Positions 23,755-37,665 of a stretch of DNA of 64,000 nucleotides are shown piece by piece. The notes beneath the pieces were generated by a model that was not told where the DNA came from, searched no databases, and saw nothing but the letters and a program-made list of their open reading frames with translations. The DNA comes from Amphiscolops sp. MND2022 (taxonomy: Eukaryota), in assembly GCA_964187785.1 (NCBI GenBank), contig OZ076410.1, positions 24,924,001 through 24,988,000 of the forward strand, read 5' to 3'. The position numbers and the translations under genes were made by a program. The first letter of the stretch is position 1; the number at the start of each line of letters is the position of its first letter.

Positions 23755-25855
23755 AATGGCCGACTGCACCTCCTAGTAGACCTCAGAAAGATCAATAACC
23801 TGATCTCCGATGATTACATAAACAATAATCATCCTGTCAGCACGCTAACAGACGCAGCGCAGCACCTCGCTGGCAAGAAGTTGTTTTGTAAGGCTGATTG
23901 CTCACAAGCTTATCACGTACTACAGATGGCAGATCAGAAGTCAGTCCAACTTCTAGGATTCAACTTCGCCAGCAGGACGTTTGCGTACCTCAGGTTGGCC
24001 CAGGGGCTGAGCCGCTCGCTGTCATCGTTTTCAAGCTTCAGGAGGGAGTATCTGGACAAGGCCATAGAGGCGGACACATGCGCCCAATACATGGACGACA
24101 TTGGAATTGCCACAAACACTCCCGAAGAGTTAAAACGAACTCGCAACCGGAGAATTTACCATTCGTCTGCAACATTATCCAAGACCCGGAACAAGAACAA
24201 TGGCGCCATTTACATCATGACATTAATTTCCCGCGCAGCCTGAGACCACACCAAGACCAGGACCCCGTCATCAGAAAGCTCAAACTCAAAATATGAAGGA
24301 GCCATATGACACCCAACTTCTGAATGATGAGAGCAGCAAAATATTTAGCCCAACAGGATCGAATCATCATCAAAGACTGACTCCTGTACAGACAATGTTT
24401 TGGAGATACTGGGAAAGTGAAATTCTTACAAGTGCTGCTCCCCCGACAACTGGTCGACGGATTCATCCAACACCACCATGGCAAATACGGAAAACACCCA
24501 AGCATAGCCAAAACAATCCAACAATGCCGCGAGAAACACTACTTCCCAGGGCTTGCCGCCAGAATAGCTAACCACATCTCACAGTACATGGAATGCGCCC
24601 AGACCAAGAGGACACCCAATAATACCATCACACCACCGCTGATTGATATGTGAAAATAGCAATGGGACCCGAAGACGCACTCCAGATGGACATACTACCA
24701 TTTGACGACCCATCAAGAGGCTACAACGCAGTCAATACGGCGATGGACGTGTTCTCCCGATATCTCTCTGCATACAGCGTCGCTAGAATTGATACCAAAA
24801 CAGTCACCCTGGTCCCAACAGACATCATCACCAGGCACTGCTACCTGCCCACAACCATAATAACAGATAAAGGATCCCAATTTATATCAGAAACAATGTA
24901 ACAAACCATCGCAATCTTGGGAATCCAGCTGAAACACGCTACAGCGAAACATACCCAGACGATAGGCATCCTGAAAAGGACGCACACCTCATTAATAGAA
25001 AGTCTTAAAATCATGACGGGAGATAGACGCACAATGTGGCACCAATTCCTACCGATGGCGGTATTGATCTACAAAACCTCTTACCACACATCCCTGGGTT
25101 GCGAACCCAGCAGAGTTTTTCACGGAAGAGTGCCCTTCAATGTACTTGACCTGAAGTATGGACTTAAACCACAATCCAGTGTATGGACTTAAACCTGAGG
25201 GAGTGTTGCAACAAAAAACAACAGATTCTCAACCAAAGTCAGCAGGAACTGATGCAAACCTACGTCCGTCATAAACGCTATTACGACAAAAAGGCAGCAG
25301 CACACCCACAAGTAGTAAACGACTACTGCTATGCACTACATCCAAAGGCGCATAGCCAAGCGACAAAACTGTCGTTTCGGGAATACCTTTGCACGGGACC
25401 ATATATCGTGGTCAAAACCCAACAATAAGTACCTCATACGAAAACTTCAAACAAACCTCTCACAGATCCTGCACAGAATCTGGTTACGACCCTACGCAAG
25501 CAGCCACAAACTGCCTGACATCTCAGTTCTACACAAAGATTTTCAGCAGGATACCGAGGTAGCCATACAACATGACGACCTCTTCGCAATGCCTTGGCAA
25601 GAACTCTACCAAGAACACCCTGCTCACCTCGAAAATAGCCAGTCACCCGAACCCGAATTGATACAGCTAACTCCAGAAATAGACAATGTTCTCTCCTACC
25701 CCAACCCTTCGAGCCCCGACCCGATGCACGAACTCGGAAACATTAGTAACCACCCAGGAAACCAGGCAGACGACCCAACCTTAGATATTGTCGATGAACC
25801 CGAAGATTATACACCCGTTCCTAAATCCCCCAGAAAATCCCACAACAATCTTTGA
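23755..25855 (+). pseudogene. Ty3/Gypsy pol remnant (RT N-half joined to integrase; RNase H not visible)
   Basis: LLVDLRKINNLISDDYINNNHPV, CKADCSQAY, AQGL, QYMDD; then HHHGKYGKH...ECAQ (integrase zinc finger), LQMDILP, AMDVFSRY, TDKGSQF; many frameshifts. Confidence 0.9.
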
Positions 25856-26299
25856 AGAAACCCAGCTTCAAACTGGAAACCAGATTTCGCATATTACTAC
25901 GCCTTAGATATAAATTCATCAAATTTTGCAAATCTGAACAAAGGCCTGGACGACGGCCCAGAAATACAGATCCTAGCGGACCTCGGCCCAGACGGTGGCC
26001 TGAGATCGGAAAACCAAAAAGCCCTAGGCACTAACCTGGACGGCTATCCTACAGCCTATTTTTGAATCTCTTCAACCTACAATAGCTTTCTCACACACTC
26101 TCTTATCTACGACTTAGATGAAAACAATACAGAGGCGAGGCTAAATGCTAAATTGCAACAGACCCAACGGATAATTGAGTCGCCTCAAATTTTCTATCTT
26201 GCTCCATAAAACCAGAGCAAGTCATTTTTTGTGTCTCTTTTACCTCTCCTTTTCTTTCACTGGACCGACATGCGGAACCGATGATACAAATCGAATAAA

Positions 26300-29200
26300 A
26301 TCAAACATAGCAACAAATAAACGAAGAATCATCTGGATAAAACTCAACAAAGTTTCGAAGCCAGAAAATTTCAAGTCGATTTACCAGGCCGAGGTGCTCT
26401 GGTACTACCTTTCGTTGGTTTGGAAGAAGAACTGGCTGTGCTTTGACCAACCTCCGAAATCGCACTAGAGGAAGCACCAGCAGTTGACATCCGGGCCTCC
26501 ACTCCTCAACTTGCCTCAAATAACATGCTGTGTAACATTGGAATGGACTACGGTAAAAACTCACACGAGGATGACGACTCACATCAGTCCACGAATCAAA
26601 CTCACTACGCGCCCGAAACCGATGCCTAACAGGCAGGTTGACTTTAAGCTCTTCCAAACATCCTACTGTTAGCAAATCACCCGCCATAAACTTAGGATGG
26701 AGCACAAACGACTGTACCGCACCCAGACTAGAACGGATGACACTTGTTGGCATGGAAATGTCAACGGCAGGCATATTAGCAGGAGCAGAACTCACAATGA
26801 CCCGTACAAGCCGAACTATCTGCTTTACATGGGCCCGACCCTGATAGCTCGCGTCATTTTCTAGATAGGCAAACCCATCTCCAATTTGAGATGAATCCGC
26901 TGCTGACGAAGATCTATCACCAACGACTTGAACTCGTTTACAGCTGCTTCCTGATCCACACTATCCAGATAACCAGCTTCCAGGACACAAGCGACTAAGT
27001 CCTGAAACAGCTCCATGACGTAATCAGCACTCCCTCCAAGCAGCAAGGAAGTCTGGCATTCCCGCACGAAGGATCGTAGAGGCGCAACGTCAAAATCGCA
27101 AAATCGCGCAGAGCCCTTTGGAGACACTGAGCGGCAGTAACGTTAGACCAACTCGTTAGAGGCTTGTCGATATAATCAAACCAACGGTCGATGGAGGGCA
27201 GCTGCCTCACTTTTTTCACTTTACTTAGAATCTCGGTAAAAGAAACAGAAGTCAACAACGTTCCTGCAGGCGTAATCCTTAACTGAGTGATCAAATAATT
27301 TCGCACAATTAGTCCGGAAACACAGCAACACAACATGAAGCAACGCAAGACGAGGTAGTCCCAAACGGTCCGACCAAAGCAAAGAATCGAGATCAACCAT
27401 ATCAAAAGACTTCTTCATCAAGAGCACATCATTAGCAAGGCAAATTTTCACATCTGACCAGCTCTCTAATAGTTCCTCCAGAACATCACACAATATCGCA
27501 AAGGGGACAGCACCATCCTCCAGACAGAGACGAAACCATGGCAGATTCAGGAGCCACGCCCGATGGCGAACCCTTTTCAAACGCTGAGCCAGATACTCTA
27601 TAACAGCGATGCATCCACTGACCCAACACACGCGAAGCCAGACTCGTTCACAAGCCCACGCAATCAAGTTCCATCGAAGGACACAGCGACGAAAGGCACA
27701 GGCCCTCCGACTGAGCGGCACTAATCAACGTAACCGTTGAAAAGAACAGGAGGGCAATTGTCGACAGCAACAGGTCCTCGACCATTCGACACCAGTGACA
27801 AGGCCCGAGCCAAACACTCACTGAATCTCAGCCTCACAGGAAACAGCAGCCTGATCCTCGTCCACAATGCAAATTTCGCGGGTAAAATCATCGGTGCAGC
27901 ATCAGACGATGCACCTCACGCCGGAATGCAAAGACTGCAGCACCAAGCTAAAAGGGCTGTCCCCCAGCCATGTTTTAACTCGCTGCAACACACGAGGATA
28001 CAGATTCTGTACCAGTACCACTAAGGTGTCGGTCTTGCTCCAGGTCACGGACGCATAAGGGCTTTCAACTGGCAGTGTGGTCCTGAACTGGTTCCATAGT
28101 CGGCGTAAGAAAACTTGCGATCCGCCACTCCTTAAACGCTCGAGCAAACAACCCACAAGCTTCGAAGGTGGCACACTGGACGAGACGCCAACCAATGAAT
28201 CCACCTCGTCCTCAAAGAATCTGTTCATTTTGCCCAGAGTGATTGGAGGCGTCTTCTCAATTCTTCCTGCAACTCTGCCGATGTTTCATTAACGGGAATG
28301 GCATCGAAACTCTTTGTATATATCACGTCTTCATAGTCGAACGGGTACCTCCGATTCTTCAAAAGTGTCCTTTGCATTTGAAGTGTCTCCAAATGCCTCG
28401 GGGCCCACGGGACAAGAACGAGACATCTGTCTGCCAGACGGCACAATTGAATCTGTTCGGATTTTTGTCGTTGCGTCGGCTGACGAACAAACGCGGGATT
28501 GAATGGCTACACATAGTCTTGGTCAGGACAAGACGTTCAGACTGCCGCTTGACTTTTTCCTCGTCCGAGCCAATTATTTTTACTTCCGCACTTCAACAGA
28601 GTCCAGGATGCGGCCGGGATCAATTTCCTTCGCTTTAGGTAGCCGCGACAACTCCTCGAATTCGAAACACGACAATCTTCAAGCAACAGGCAAATAATAC
28701 CTAACATAAGAAACTGCACACCAACCAATACAACCGAATGACGAATCAACAATCACAGGGAGAACAAAAAAACAGTACAACAAACAGTTGATAGAATAGA
28801 ATTACAGAAATAAAACTTACGCTTAGCAAAAGTGTTATTCGCATTCATGGTCTCAGTCCTTTCGCTCCGCGCAGCACATCGAGCAAGCATTACACACTGT
28901 GCGGCAGATATCACCATGGGGAATCCAGAAGGGACAGACTCCAACCCTGCTAAAAAGGAAAAGCAAACTATAATCATACAACCAACGAAAACCAGGAAAG
29001 GACAACCTACAATAACAGAAAACATTAAACAGCTTCCAGAAAACCAAAAACCACAAGTGTAAACTCAAATAAAGCGCAAAAACAAAAAACTATACCTTTT
29101 TCCCTCTCATTGTGGATGATGGATGGCTCCAGGCCAACTGCAGGACAACCATGCTGCGTCCTCTCGTGTCGCATTTCAAAATCTGGTAAAACTGAGACAG

Positions 29201-32200
29201 TTTCATTTTCGAGAGCAGGAGTATCTAGAGACTGTTCACAGACAAAGACACCACTTTCACCTGATGAAGGCAACACAGCCCGTGACCCAGGATCAACGAC
29301 TACAACACAACAATTACTAAATATGTGAAGAGGGGATATTGAACAAACACAATAAACATATATCCATAAACCTTTGTTGCCTTACAACAAGAAAAAATAT
29401 GGAATACCTACTTTCAAGTGTTCTGGATGCAGAGATAGTGGGAGGCTCATAGTCGTCCCCAGAACTCTCACAGAGTGTTGGAGGCGTACGAACAGTCCCA
29501 GAAATGATTTCGGACAGCTTCACCCGTCTGGCAGGCCCCACGCTCCCAACAGAAGGCACGCGATTGGCACGACGTTTTTTCTTACCCTGTGACCGGGTAC
29601 TGGAAGAAGGACAATAGTCGACATCAAGCTCATCATCAGTCACTAAATAAAAAGTAGAGATCAAAGAACGCGTTCGAACAACCTAGAAGAGGCTGGTCAC
29701 CTATCAATTTCTAGAAAAGATTACCTTTCTTGTCGGCAAGATAGTCAAAACCAAGTCTCAGAATGCAAAGATCCACGAATCAAACTCACTACGCGCCCGA
29801 AACCGATGCCTAACAGGCAGGTTGACTTTAAGCTCTTCCAAACATCCTACTGTTAGCAAATCACCCGCCATAAACTTAGGATGGAGCACAAACGACTGTA
29901 CCGCACCCAGACTAGAACGGATGACACTTGTTGGCATGGAAATGTCAACGGCAGGCATATTAGCAGGAGCAGAACTCACAATGACCCGTACAAGCCGAAC
30001 TATCTGCTTTACATGGGCCCGACCCTGATAGCTCGCGTCATTTTCTAGATAGGCAAACCCATCTCCAATTTGAGATGAATCCGCTGCTGACGAAGATCTA
30101 TCACCAACGACTTGAACTCGTTTACAGCTGCTTCCTGATCCACACTATCCAGATAACCAGCTTCCAGGACACAAGCGACTAAGTCCTGAAACAGCTCCAT
30201 GACGTAATCAGCACTCCCTCCAAGCAGCAAGGAAGTCTGGCATTCCCGCACGAAGGATCGTAGAGGCGCAACGTCAAAATCGCAAAATCGCGCAGAGCCC
30301 TTTGGAGACACTGAGCGGCAGTAACGTTAGACCAACTCGTTAGAGGCTTGTCGATATAATCAAACCAACGGTCGATGGAGGGCAGCTGCCTCACTTTTTT
30401 CACTTTACTTAGAATCTCGGTAAAAGAAACAGAAGTCAACAACGTTCCTGCAGGCGTAATCCTTAACTGAGTGATCAAATAATTTCGCACAATTAGTCCG
30501 GAAACACAGCAACACAACATGAAGCAACGCAAGACGAGGTAGTCCCAAACGGTCCGACCAAAGCAAAGAATCGAGATCAACCATATCAAAAGACTTCTTC
30601 ATCAAGAGCACATCATTAGCAAGGCAAATTTTCACATCTGACCAGCTCTCTAATAGTTCCTCCAGAACATCACACAATATCGCAAAGGGGACAGCACCAT
30701 CCTCCAGACAGAGACGAAACCATGGCAGATTCAGGAGCCACGCCCGATGGCGAACCCTTTTCAAACGCTGAGCCAGATACGCTATAACAGCGATGCATCC
30801 ACTGACCCAACACACGCGAAGCCAGACTCGTTCACAAGCCCACGCAATCAAGTTCCATCGAAGGACACAGCGACCAAAGGCACAGGCCCTCCGACTGAGC
30901 GGCACTAATCAACGTAACCGTTGAAAAGAACAGGAGGGCAATTGTCGACAGCAACAGGTCCTCGACCAGTCGACACCAGTGACAAGGCCCGAGCCAAACA
31001 CTCACTGAATCTCAGCCTCACAGGAAACAGCAGCCTGATCCTCGTCCACAATGCAAATTTCGCGGGTAAAATCATCGGTGCAGCATCAGACGATGCACCT
31101 CACGCCGGAATGCAAAGACTGCAGAACCAAGCTAAAAGGGCTGTCCCCCAGCCATGTTTTAACTCGCTGCAACACACGAGGATACAGATTCTGTACCAGT
31201 ACCACTAAGGTGTCGGTCTTGCTCCAGGTCACGGACGCATAATGACTTTCAACCGGCAGTGTGGTCCTGAACTGGTTCCATAGTCGGCGTAAGAAAACTT
31301 GCGATCCGCCACTCCTTAAACGCTCGAGCAAACAACCCACAAGCTTCGAAGGTGGCACACTGGACGAGACGCCAACCAATGAATCCACCTCGTCCTCAAA
31401 GAATCTGTTCATTTTGCCCAGAGTGATTGGAGGCGTCTTCTCAATTCTTCCTGCATTTCTGCCGATATTTCATTAACGGGAATGGCATCGAAACTCTTTG
31501 TATATATCACGTCTTCATGGTCGAACCGGTACCTCCGATTCGTCAAAAGTGTCCTTTGCATTTGAAGTGTCTTCAAATGCCTCGGGGCCCACGGGACAGG
31601 AACGAGACATCTGTCTGCCAGACGGCACAATAGAATATGTTCGGATTTTTGTCGTTGCGTCGGCTGACGAACAAACGCGGGATTGAATGGCTACACATAG
31701 TCTTGGTCAGGACATGACGTTCAGACTGCCGCTTGACTTTTTCCTCGTCCGAGCCAATAATTTTTACTTCCGCACTTCAACAGAGTCCAGGATGCGGCCG
31801 GGATCAATTTCCTTCGCTTTAGGTAGCCGCGACAACTCCTCGAATTCGAAACACGACAATCGTCAAGCAACAGGCAAATAATACCTAACATAAGAAACTG
31901 CACACCAACCAATACAACCGAATGACGAATCAACAATCACAGGGAGAACAAAAAAACAGTACAACAAACAGTTGATAGAATAGAATTACAGAAATAAAAC
32001 TTACGCTTAGCAAAAGTGTTATTCGCATTCATCGTCTCAGTCCTTTCGCTCCGCGCAGCACATCGAGCAAGCATTACACACTGTGCGGCAGATATCACCA
32101 TGGGGAATCCAGGAGGCACAGACTCCAACCCTGCTAAAAAGGAAAAGCGAACTATAATCATACAACCAACGAAAACCAGGAAAGGACAACCTACAATAAC

Positions 32201-33200
32201 AGAAAACATTAATAACATTAAACAGCTTCCAGAAAACCAAAAACCACAAGTGTAAACTCAAATAAAGCGCAAAAACAAAACACTATACCTTTTTCCCTCT
32301 CATTGTGGATGATGGATGGCTCCAGGTCAACTGCAGGACAACCATGCTGCGTCCTCTCGTGTCGCATTTCAAAATCTGGTAAAACTGAGACAGTTTCATT
32401 TTCGAGAGCAGGAGTATCTAGAGACTGTTCACAGACGAAGACACCACTTTCACCTGATGAAGGCAACACAGCCCGTGACCCAGGATCAACGACTATAACA
32501 CAACAATTACTAAATATGTGAAGAGGGGATATTGAACAAACACAATAAACATATATCCATAAACCTTTGTTGCCTTACAACAAGAAAAAATATGGAATAC
32601 CTACTTTCAAGTGTTCTGGATGCAGAGATAGTGGGAGGCTCATAGTCGTCCCCAGAACTCTCACAGTGTGTTGGAGGCGTACGAACAGTCCCAGAAATGA
32701 TTTCGGACAGCTTCACCAGTCTGGCAGGCCCCACGCTCCCAACAGAAGGCACGCGATTGGCACGACGTTTTTTCTTACCCTGTGACCGGGTACTGGAAGA
32801 AGGACAATAGTCGACATCAAGCTCATCATCAGTCACTAAATAAAAAGTAGAGATCAAAGAACGCGTTCGAACAACCTAGAAGAGGCTGGTCACCTATCAA
32901 TTTCTAGAAAAGATTACCTTTCTTGTCGGCAAGATAGTCAAGACCAAGTCTCAGAATGCAAAGATCCAGTCTCAGCCTGACACTCAGCAACCTCATTGCC
33001 CGCATCATTGTCAAGATCTTTCTCGCCGAAACCACACACTTCTGAAACGGCAGCACTGGCTCCAGCCACTTCAGTTTCATCCTTCTCATCACCTCCAGTA
33101 GCTTCCTTCTCCTCCCGAACGACAGACTCGACAACAGACTCAGTTTCAAATTCACTTTCTACTATCCCAGCACCTCGACTCCGATGCTGAATGACGTTGT
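26300..33200 (-). pseudogene. Antisense, intron-containing gene, probably derived from a hAT-like transposase, with an internal tandem duplication
   Basis: Short GT-AG introns on the minus strand (e.g. AAAG|GTAATC at 32918, TTTAG|TGAC at 32835, GAAA|GTAGGT at 32605). Acidic N-terminus; decayed finger FNCAVWQTDVSF...IWRHFKCKGH; SPFSLVLQS and EAAVNEFKSL...VKQIVRLVRVIVSSAP loosely resemble hAT core and dimerisation segments. Multiple lesions. Confidence 0.45.
26588..32964. repeat. 3.18-kb tandem duplication (26588-29771 and 29772-32964)
   Basis: Near-identical ORF pairs offset by 3184 bp (26861/30045), and by 3193 bp after a 9-bp aataacatt duplication in copy 2. Scattered substitutions distinguish the copies; TCCA microhomology at the junction. 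Confidence 0.97.
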
Positions 33201-33446
33201 CCTCTACAGTAGAACTGATGTTTCAAAAACTTTCTGAAAAATACTACAAAACAATAACACATTGAAGATATGGCGTAAAATCCAGAATTACTACTATGAA
33301 AAGTTATATACTATATAAGGAGAGTTGTTCAGTCTGCCAGCTGAACAATTCACAGCTAAACACAAACGGTGTGTACAATTTAACTAAAGCAACATAAGTC
33401 AGTTGTACTGAACATTGACTAATATACAACTCGCTTTTGCAACTCA

Positions 33447-33752
33447 ATGGAGAATACAATTATGAATGATCAAACAAACGATGATGTTTTTGTTCTCGAC
33501 CGAGACATGCCAGCACAGCTTAGCCAAAGGCCCAGTACACCGCCACCTAATTATAATATAATTACTTCACCGCGGATTAATATTACTTACGAGATTATCA
33601 AGACGCAAGACCAACACGTGGTCTTAGTCCATGAGGAACCGCCAACCGACACTACGAACGCAAAGAATGAAAATGGAGTCATACGACGATTCACCCAGGA
33701 CAATGCGGTAATTCCTGATGACGCCTTCATGAGCCCAGTCAGGGCAGTTTGA
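33447..33752 (+). CDS. Small ORF of unknown function in the Gypsy 3' region
   Basis: 101-aa ATG-initiated ORF just upstream of the putative 3' LTR; no recognisable domain. Confidence 0.25.
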   Translation: MENTIMNDQTNDDVFVLDRDMPAQLSQRPSTPPPNYNIITSPRINITYEIIKTQDQHVVLVHEEPPTDTTNAKNENGVIRRFTQDNAVIPDDAFMSPVRAV

Positions 33753-33971
33753 CAGAGGAAATCCGGCCGTTCCTGAAGTTGGTTTCGACAGTCCTATCAG
33801 ATTTTACAGCAGCTCAGAGGGATTTTACTCTGGCAGCGATTGGGACACAGATTCCTCCTGGAAGTCATACGATTCAATGAGAGACGACCTACTAACATTT
33901 TTCGAGACACCAATTCGCTCAATATCCCAACTCTTTCTCCCAGAGGAGACAGCTCAAAGAAAGCCGAGGAC

Positions 33972-34360
33972 TGTCACAGCCCCAGCTGAGCTGTGACAAC
34001 TGCCACGAAACAAGCGCAGTCTACGGAGAAGGAAAATGGGAGTAAGTTGAAAGAGAAGAACAAGTGAAACAACCGACATATAATTGTTATGTACCACATT
34101 GTTATTAAGAATATAGAAATACCGTAGCTAAAATAATGAATATTTAAATCTAGTGTACCAGTCAATATGGAGCTATTGTGCAGTTGATAGTACAAATACA
34201 GTGCTATATAGTTATTATTAACCAAATTATACCGCTCAGCAAGCGGCCTGAGAAGTCAATGGTGGAACTGCGGCCCGGCAGCCGGCCTCAAATTCTAGCA
34301 GCGAGGCGTCGGCCTGGCGTGCGGTCTGAGAAAAAATACGCTGTACGCTACTAATCAACA
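33972..34360 (+). repeat. Putative Gypsy 3' LTR (partner not in window)
   Basis: Starts TGTCACA after purine-rich aaagaaagccgagga; a plausible end is ...TCAACA. Begins with a 9-bp inverted repeat tgtcacagc/gctgtgaca. Confidence 0.45.
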
Positions 34361-35443
34361 GTAAACGCGGTACCATTGAATGCATATGAACTTTCAGAAG
34401 TGTTTTACATACTTTTTAAATGATCCCACACATGTAAATGTGCAAATGATTAAATAAAAATGATGATTGAACGAAGATCACATACCACGGTCTGGGACAC
34501 GGCCTGAGATCAAAATACATGAAAGTCCAATGAATGAATGGAAAATGCTGATGCTGACGATGATTTCCTTTTCCGCATGGTTTCTAAATCTGTCACCTAT
34601 GAACATGAACGAGAACATTTTGATTGGAGGTCATTTATACCATTATTTTCCATGTAAATCGAGTTAAATGTTAAGACAGCCCAGGCCACGGCCTGGGCTG
34701 GGTTTTGTTGCTTTCATCGAAACTTAATGACTATTAATACCACATGAAATGTATTTCGAACCAATCACTATTTAATTGAACCGTGCCAACCTAAACATAA
34801 TTTCCCGTGCGATTTCAACTCATGTAAATCTCAACTGCAGTTACAACGATTTTATACTGTTGTACTAGTTTTCAAATACACTGAACCACAACCTGGGACA
34901 GTGATTTCCCTACTTTCCATTTTAATGAAGTTAAAAACTTGTTTGCCAGTGTCTCAATATTAATAATATGTTGCGCAGTTTGATTGAAGTTGCTGAATTA
35001 AACTAATTTATCTGTAAATAATGAGTGTCATTGTCAAAGTTTGTGATTTTTTCCATCAACTATAATTGATGAGTCAACCCAACTTTCATTGCCAAGTTCA
35101 GCTTCGGCGTCACGAAAAGGCGGGAATTGGAGGCGAAGCAAAGCGGAGTCGCAACTCAGACAGGAAGTGGACGCTTGCTTTCCCGGGAAGGCATGAACAA
35201 TCTGAGAGTCTGAGGTCGACAAAGCGGAACTGAACTTCCTGTTTCTCCGCCTTGGAAGGACGCCGGACTGAACGAGGTGTGAAAGTATCGCGGATTTTTC
35301 CCGCTTCACGTGTGCGGAAAGTATATATACTTGTAAAATTTGAATTAATTTGAGTTGAAAAATTAATAATCTCAATCGCAAAACAATTTTGTTTCCTTCG
35401 TTTCGAAAATCAATAAACATCAAAACTCCCAAGTTTCTTCAAT

Positions 35444-35713
35444 TTGTTGAATAAAACTAAGTTCTTTGAAAAATCCCGAACAAAAATCCCCGAGAGATCG
35501 TCTAAAAGAAAAGCAAGGAGAGATTCTGTGTGTAGTTCACTAGGTAAACATGAGATTACCAGCCAAAGGACTGAAAACGTACTTAGCATTTCGCACCGAG
35601 ACTTCTCTGAAATATCAGAAAAGATGGAAAAATCCGTCAGTAAGAGGATAAAAGATACCGAGGTTGGACAAAGAGAAATCCTCAAGATGATCGAAAACTA
35701 TCCTCAAAAATAG
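35444..35713 (+). pseudogene. Truncated gag/ORF1-like N-terminal fragment
   Basis: Basic N-terminus followed by a coiled-coil-like EISEKMEKSVSKRIKD...EILKMI, similar in style to the 37666 ORF. Confidence 0.3.
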
Positions 35714-37039
35714 ATTCATCATCTGGTCAGACGCCCAGGACTAAAAACTTGGGAGTAGATCGTGTAGATACTGAGAATCAAACTTCGACGTCTATATCAA
35801 CTGTGATAAACGAGTTGCCCCTATCGGAGGGTCAACACAAATAACATATTAGTTAGTAACAGCCATTGTTGTGAGAATAAAAAAAGTTATCTATTGTAAA
35901 ACTACTGAAGCGTATCGAATCAAAAATGAATGTTTTGGTTAGTACAGAGAAGGAGATGTCTACCTACAGAACGTCGAACCAATTTCATGTAAGTATAGAG
36001 AGGGTCCATCGACGGCAAGTCGAACGGTCTTGCAGGTTAGTAGAAAAAAGATGTACCAATATGAAACATCGCACCTAATTGACTTGTTTAGTACCGAAGA
36101 AATGTCTATCGATATGAAATATTCAACCAAAGGTATTTCGGTTAGTAGAGAAGAAGATCCTACCGAAGAGAGGCCGAACTGGTAGGTTTGTAGAGAAGGA
36201 TTCAGACTTTTAAAGTCCTTGCGTTTGTATTTTGTTTCGCTATAATTTAGATTGTACCCAGTTATGATACAGAAGACGTTACCAGAGCTGCGGACAATTG
36301 GTCTTACGAGCAACTGTAGAGATGAAAAATCTTTTGTCAGTCCGAAGAGATTGTAAATCAGATAGTGTTTGGGTAATATGGTACAGTCTATTGGGTGATA
36401 TTGTAGACAAAGTTTACACGTATACATATTCTACTAACGCGGTAGACAATAAGTATGGTGCACAAAGTATAGGGCATATGTCTAGACTACAATAAACAGA
36501 CGGAGATGAATTGAAATGAGAAGCATATCACGCAACAGGCGCTGTTAGGGTTTCAAGTCCTTTGCCTGTAAGCCATATCGTTAGATTGAAATGGTTCCAA
36601 CTTCTTCACCACCTACGGAAGTTCGGGACAAGCAGCGTCGAGTTCTGTGTCGGACGACTCAATCGAGTAAAAAACAGTGAATTCCTTAATTATAAGATAC
36701 ATCAATTTGTTTCTCTAATGAAAATCGCAATGGGAATAATAATAAACAAACTTCATCAATGTCGGAGCCCCAGCGCTGCGATGTAGCCGTAGTGCAACCC
36801 TGAACAAACAGAAAAGCAGCCAAACCCAACTAAACTTGAAGACTTGTTTTATTTTTTGAAGTCATGTAAATGTTAAATATTTTCTCATTCAAAGACACTT
36901 TGATTTGATGTTAACGTTATATTAGTCTTTTTGTCATGAATATTCAAAATCTTAAGTTGAGTCATCTTTATATGACGTAATTTCGGGGCTATAGTGCTTT
37001 TGCTATCTCATTCATGCAAGTAATGATCTTTTCACTCAA

Positions 37040-37250
37040 TTTGGCAATATGGCATTATACAGTTTGTGGGGTGACGCATGTACGGCATCATACTGATTTG
37101 CACAATGTTGATATGCGGCATTATACGTTTTTAAGAGTAACGCATATGCGTTATTATACGTTTTCTTGCATACGTTATCATACGTTTTCCGAGGTGATGC
37201 ACACACTTTATTATACATTTTCAGCAGGATTAATCACACTGTATTGACAA
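37040..37250. repeat. Degenerate about 30-bp minisatellite
   Basis: Recurring gcat(a/g)(t)(g/a)cg(g/t)(c/t)at(t/c)atac(g/a)tttt units. Confidence 0.65.
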
Positions 37251-37665
37251 TGCATACACGGTGCTGTACATCATTTGGAATACCTTTTACGTCGCTTTAT
37301 AACTACTTTCCAGGGTCCAACAGGACAATTAGGTTCGTTTTAAATGTCGTGTTCTGATGATTGCAGGATATAAATAGAATGACGTCCTTTTGACGTAATG
37401 TTATTTTTGTACTTTTCCTACCGTGATTTTCATAAAAAGCAGTGTCATTCTTTCATTTTTGAAACCAGGAGTGCAATAAGAGAATTCGGGAGAATTGTTT
37501 TCTACCTTCACAGAGTACAGTTGCTTCTTAATCGTATCTCTTTTGCTCAATCTGTAAACTGTTCATCTACAGCTTTGATCATCAACTGTTTGATATTTTC
37601 ACCATTTCACTGAAGAAATTCAACTGTTTTCTCCTTCGCAAACCGATGTTTTCATTCGAGTAAAG

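Noticed and set aside
34677-34700. Perfect 10-bp hairpin cagcccaggc/gcctgggctg as a terminator
   Set aside because: Eukaryotic context; more likely an internal feature of a repeat, with nothing to link it to function.
35957-36492. Possible solo LTR (TG...CA on minus)
   Set aside because: No matching target duplication and no second copy in the window.
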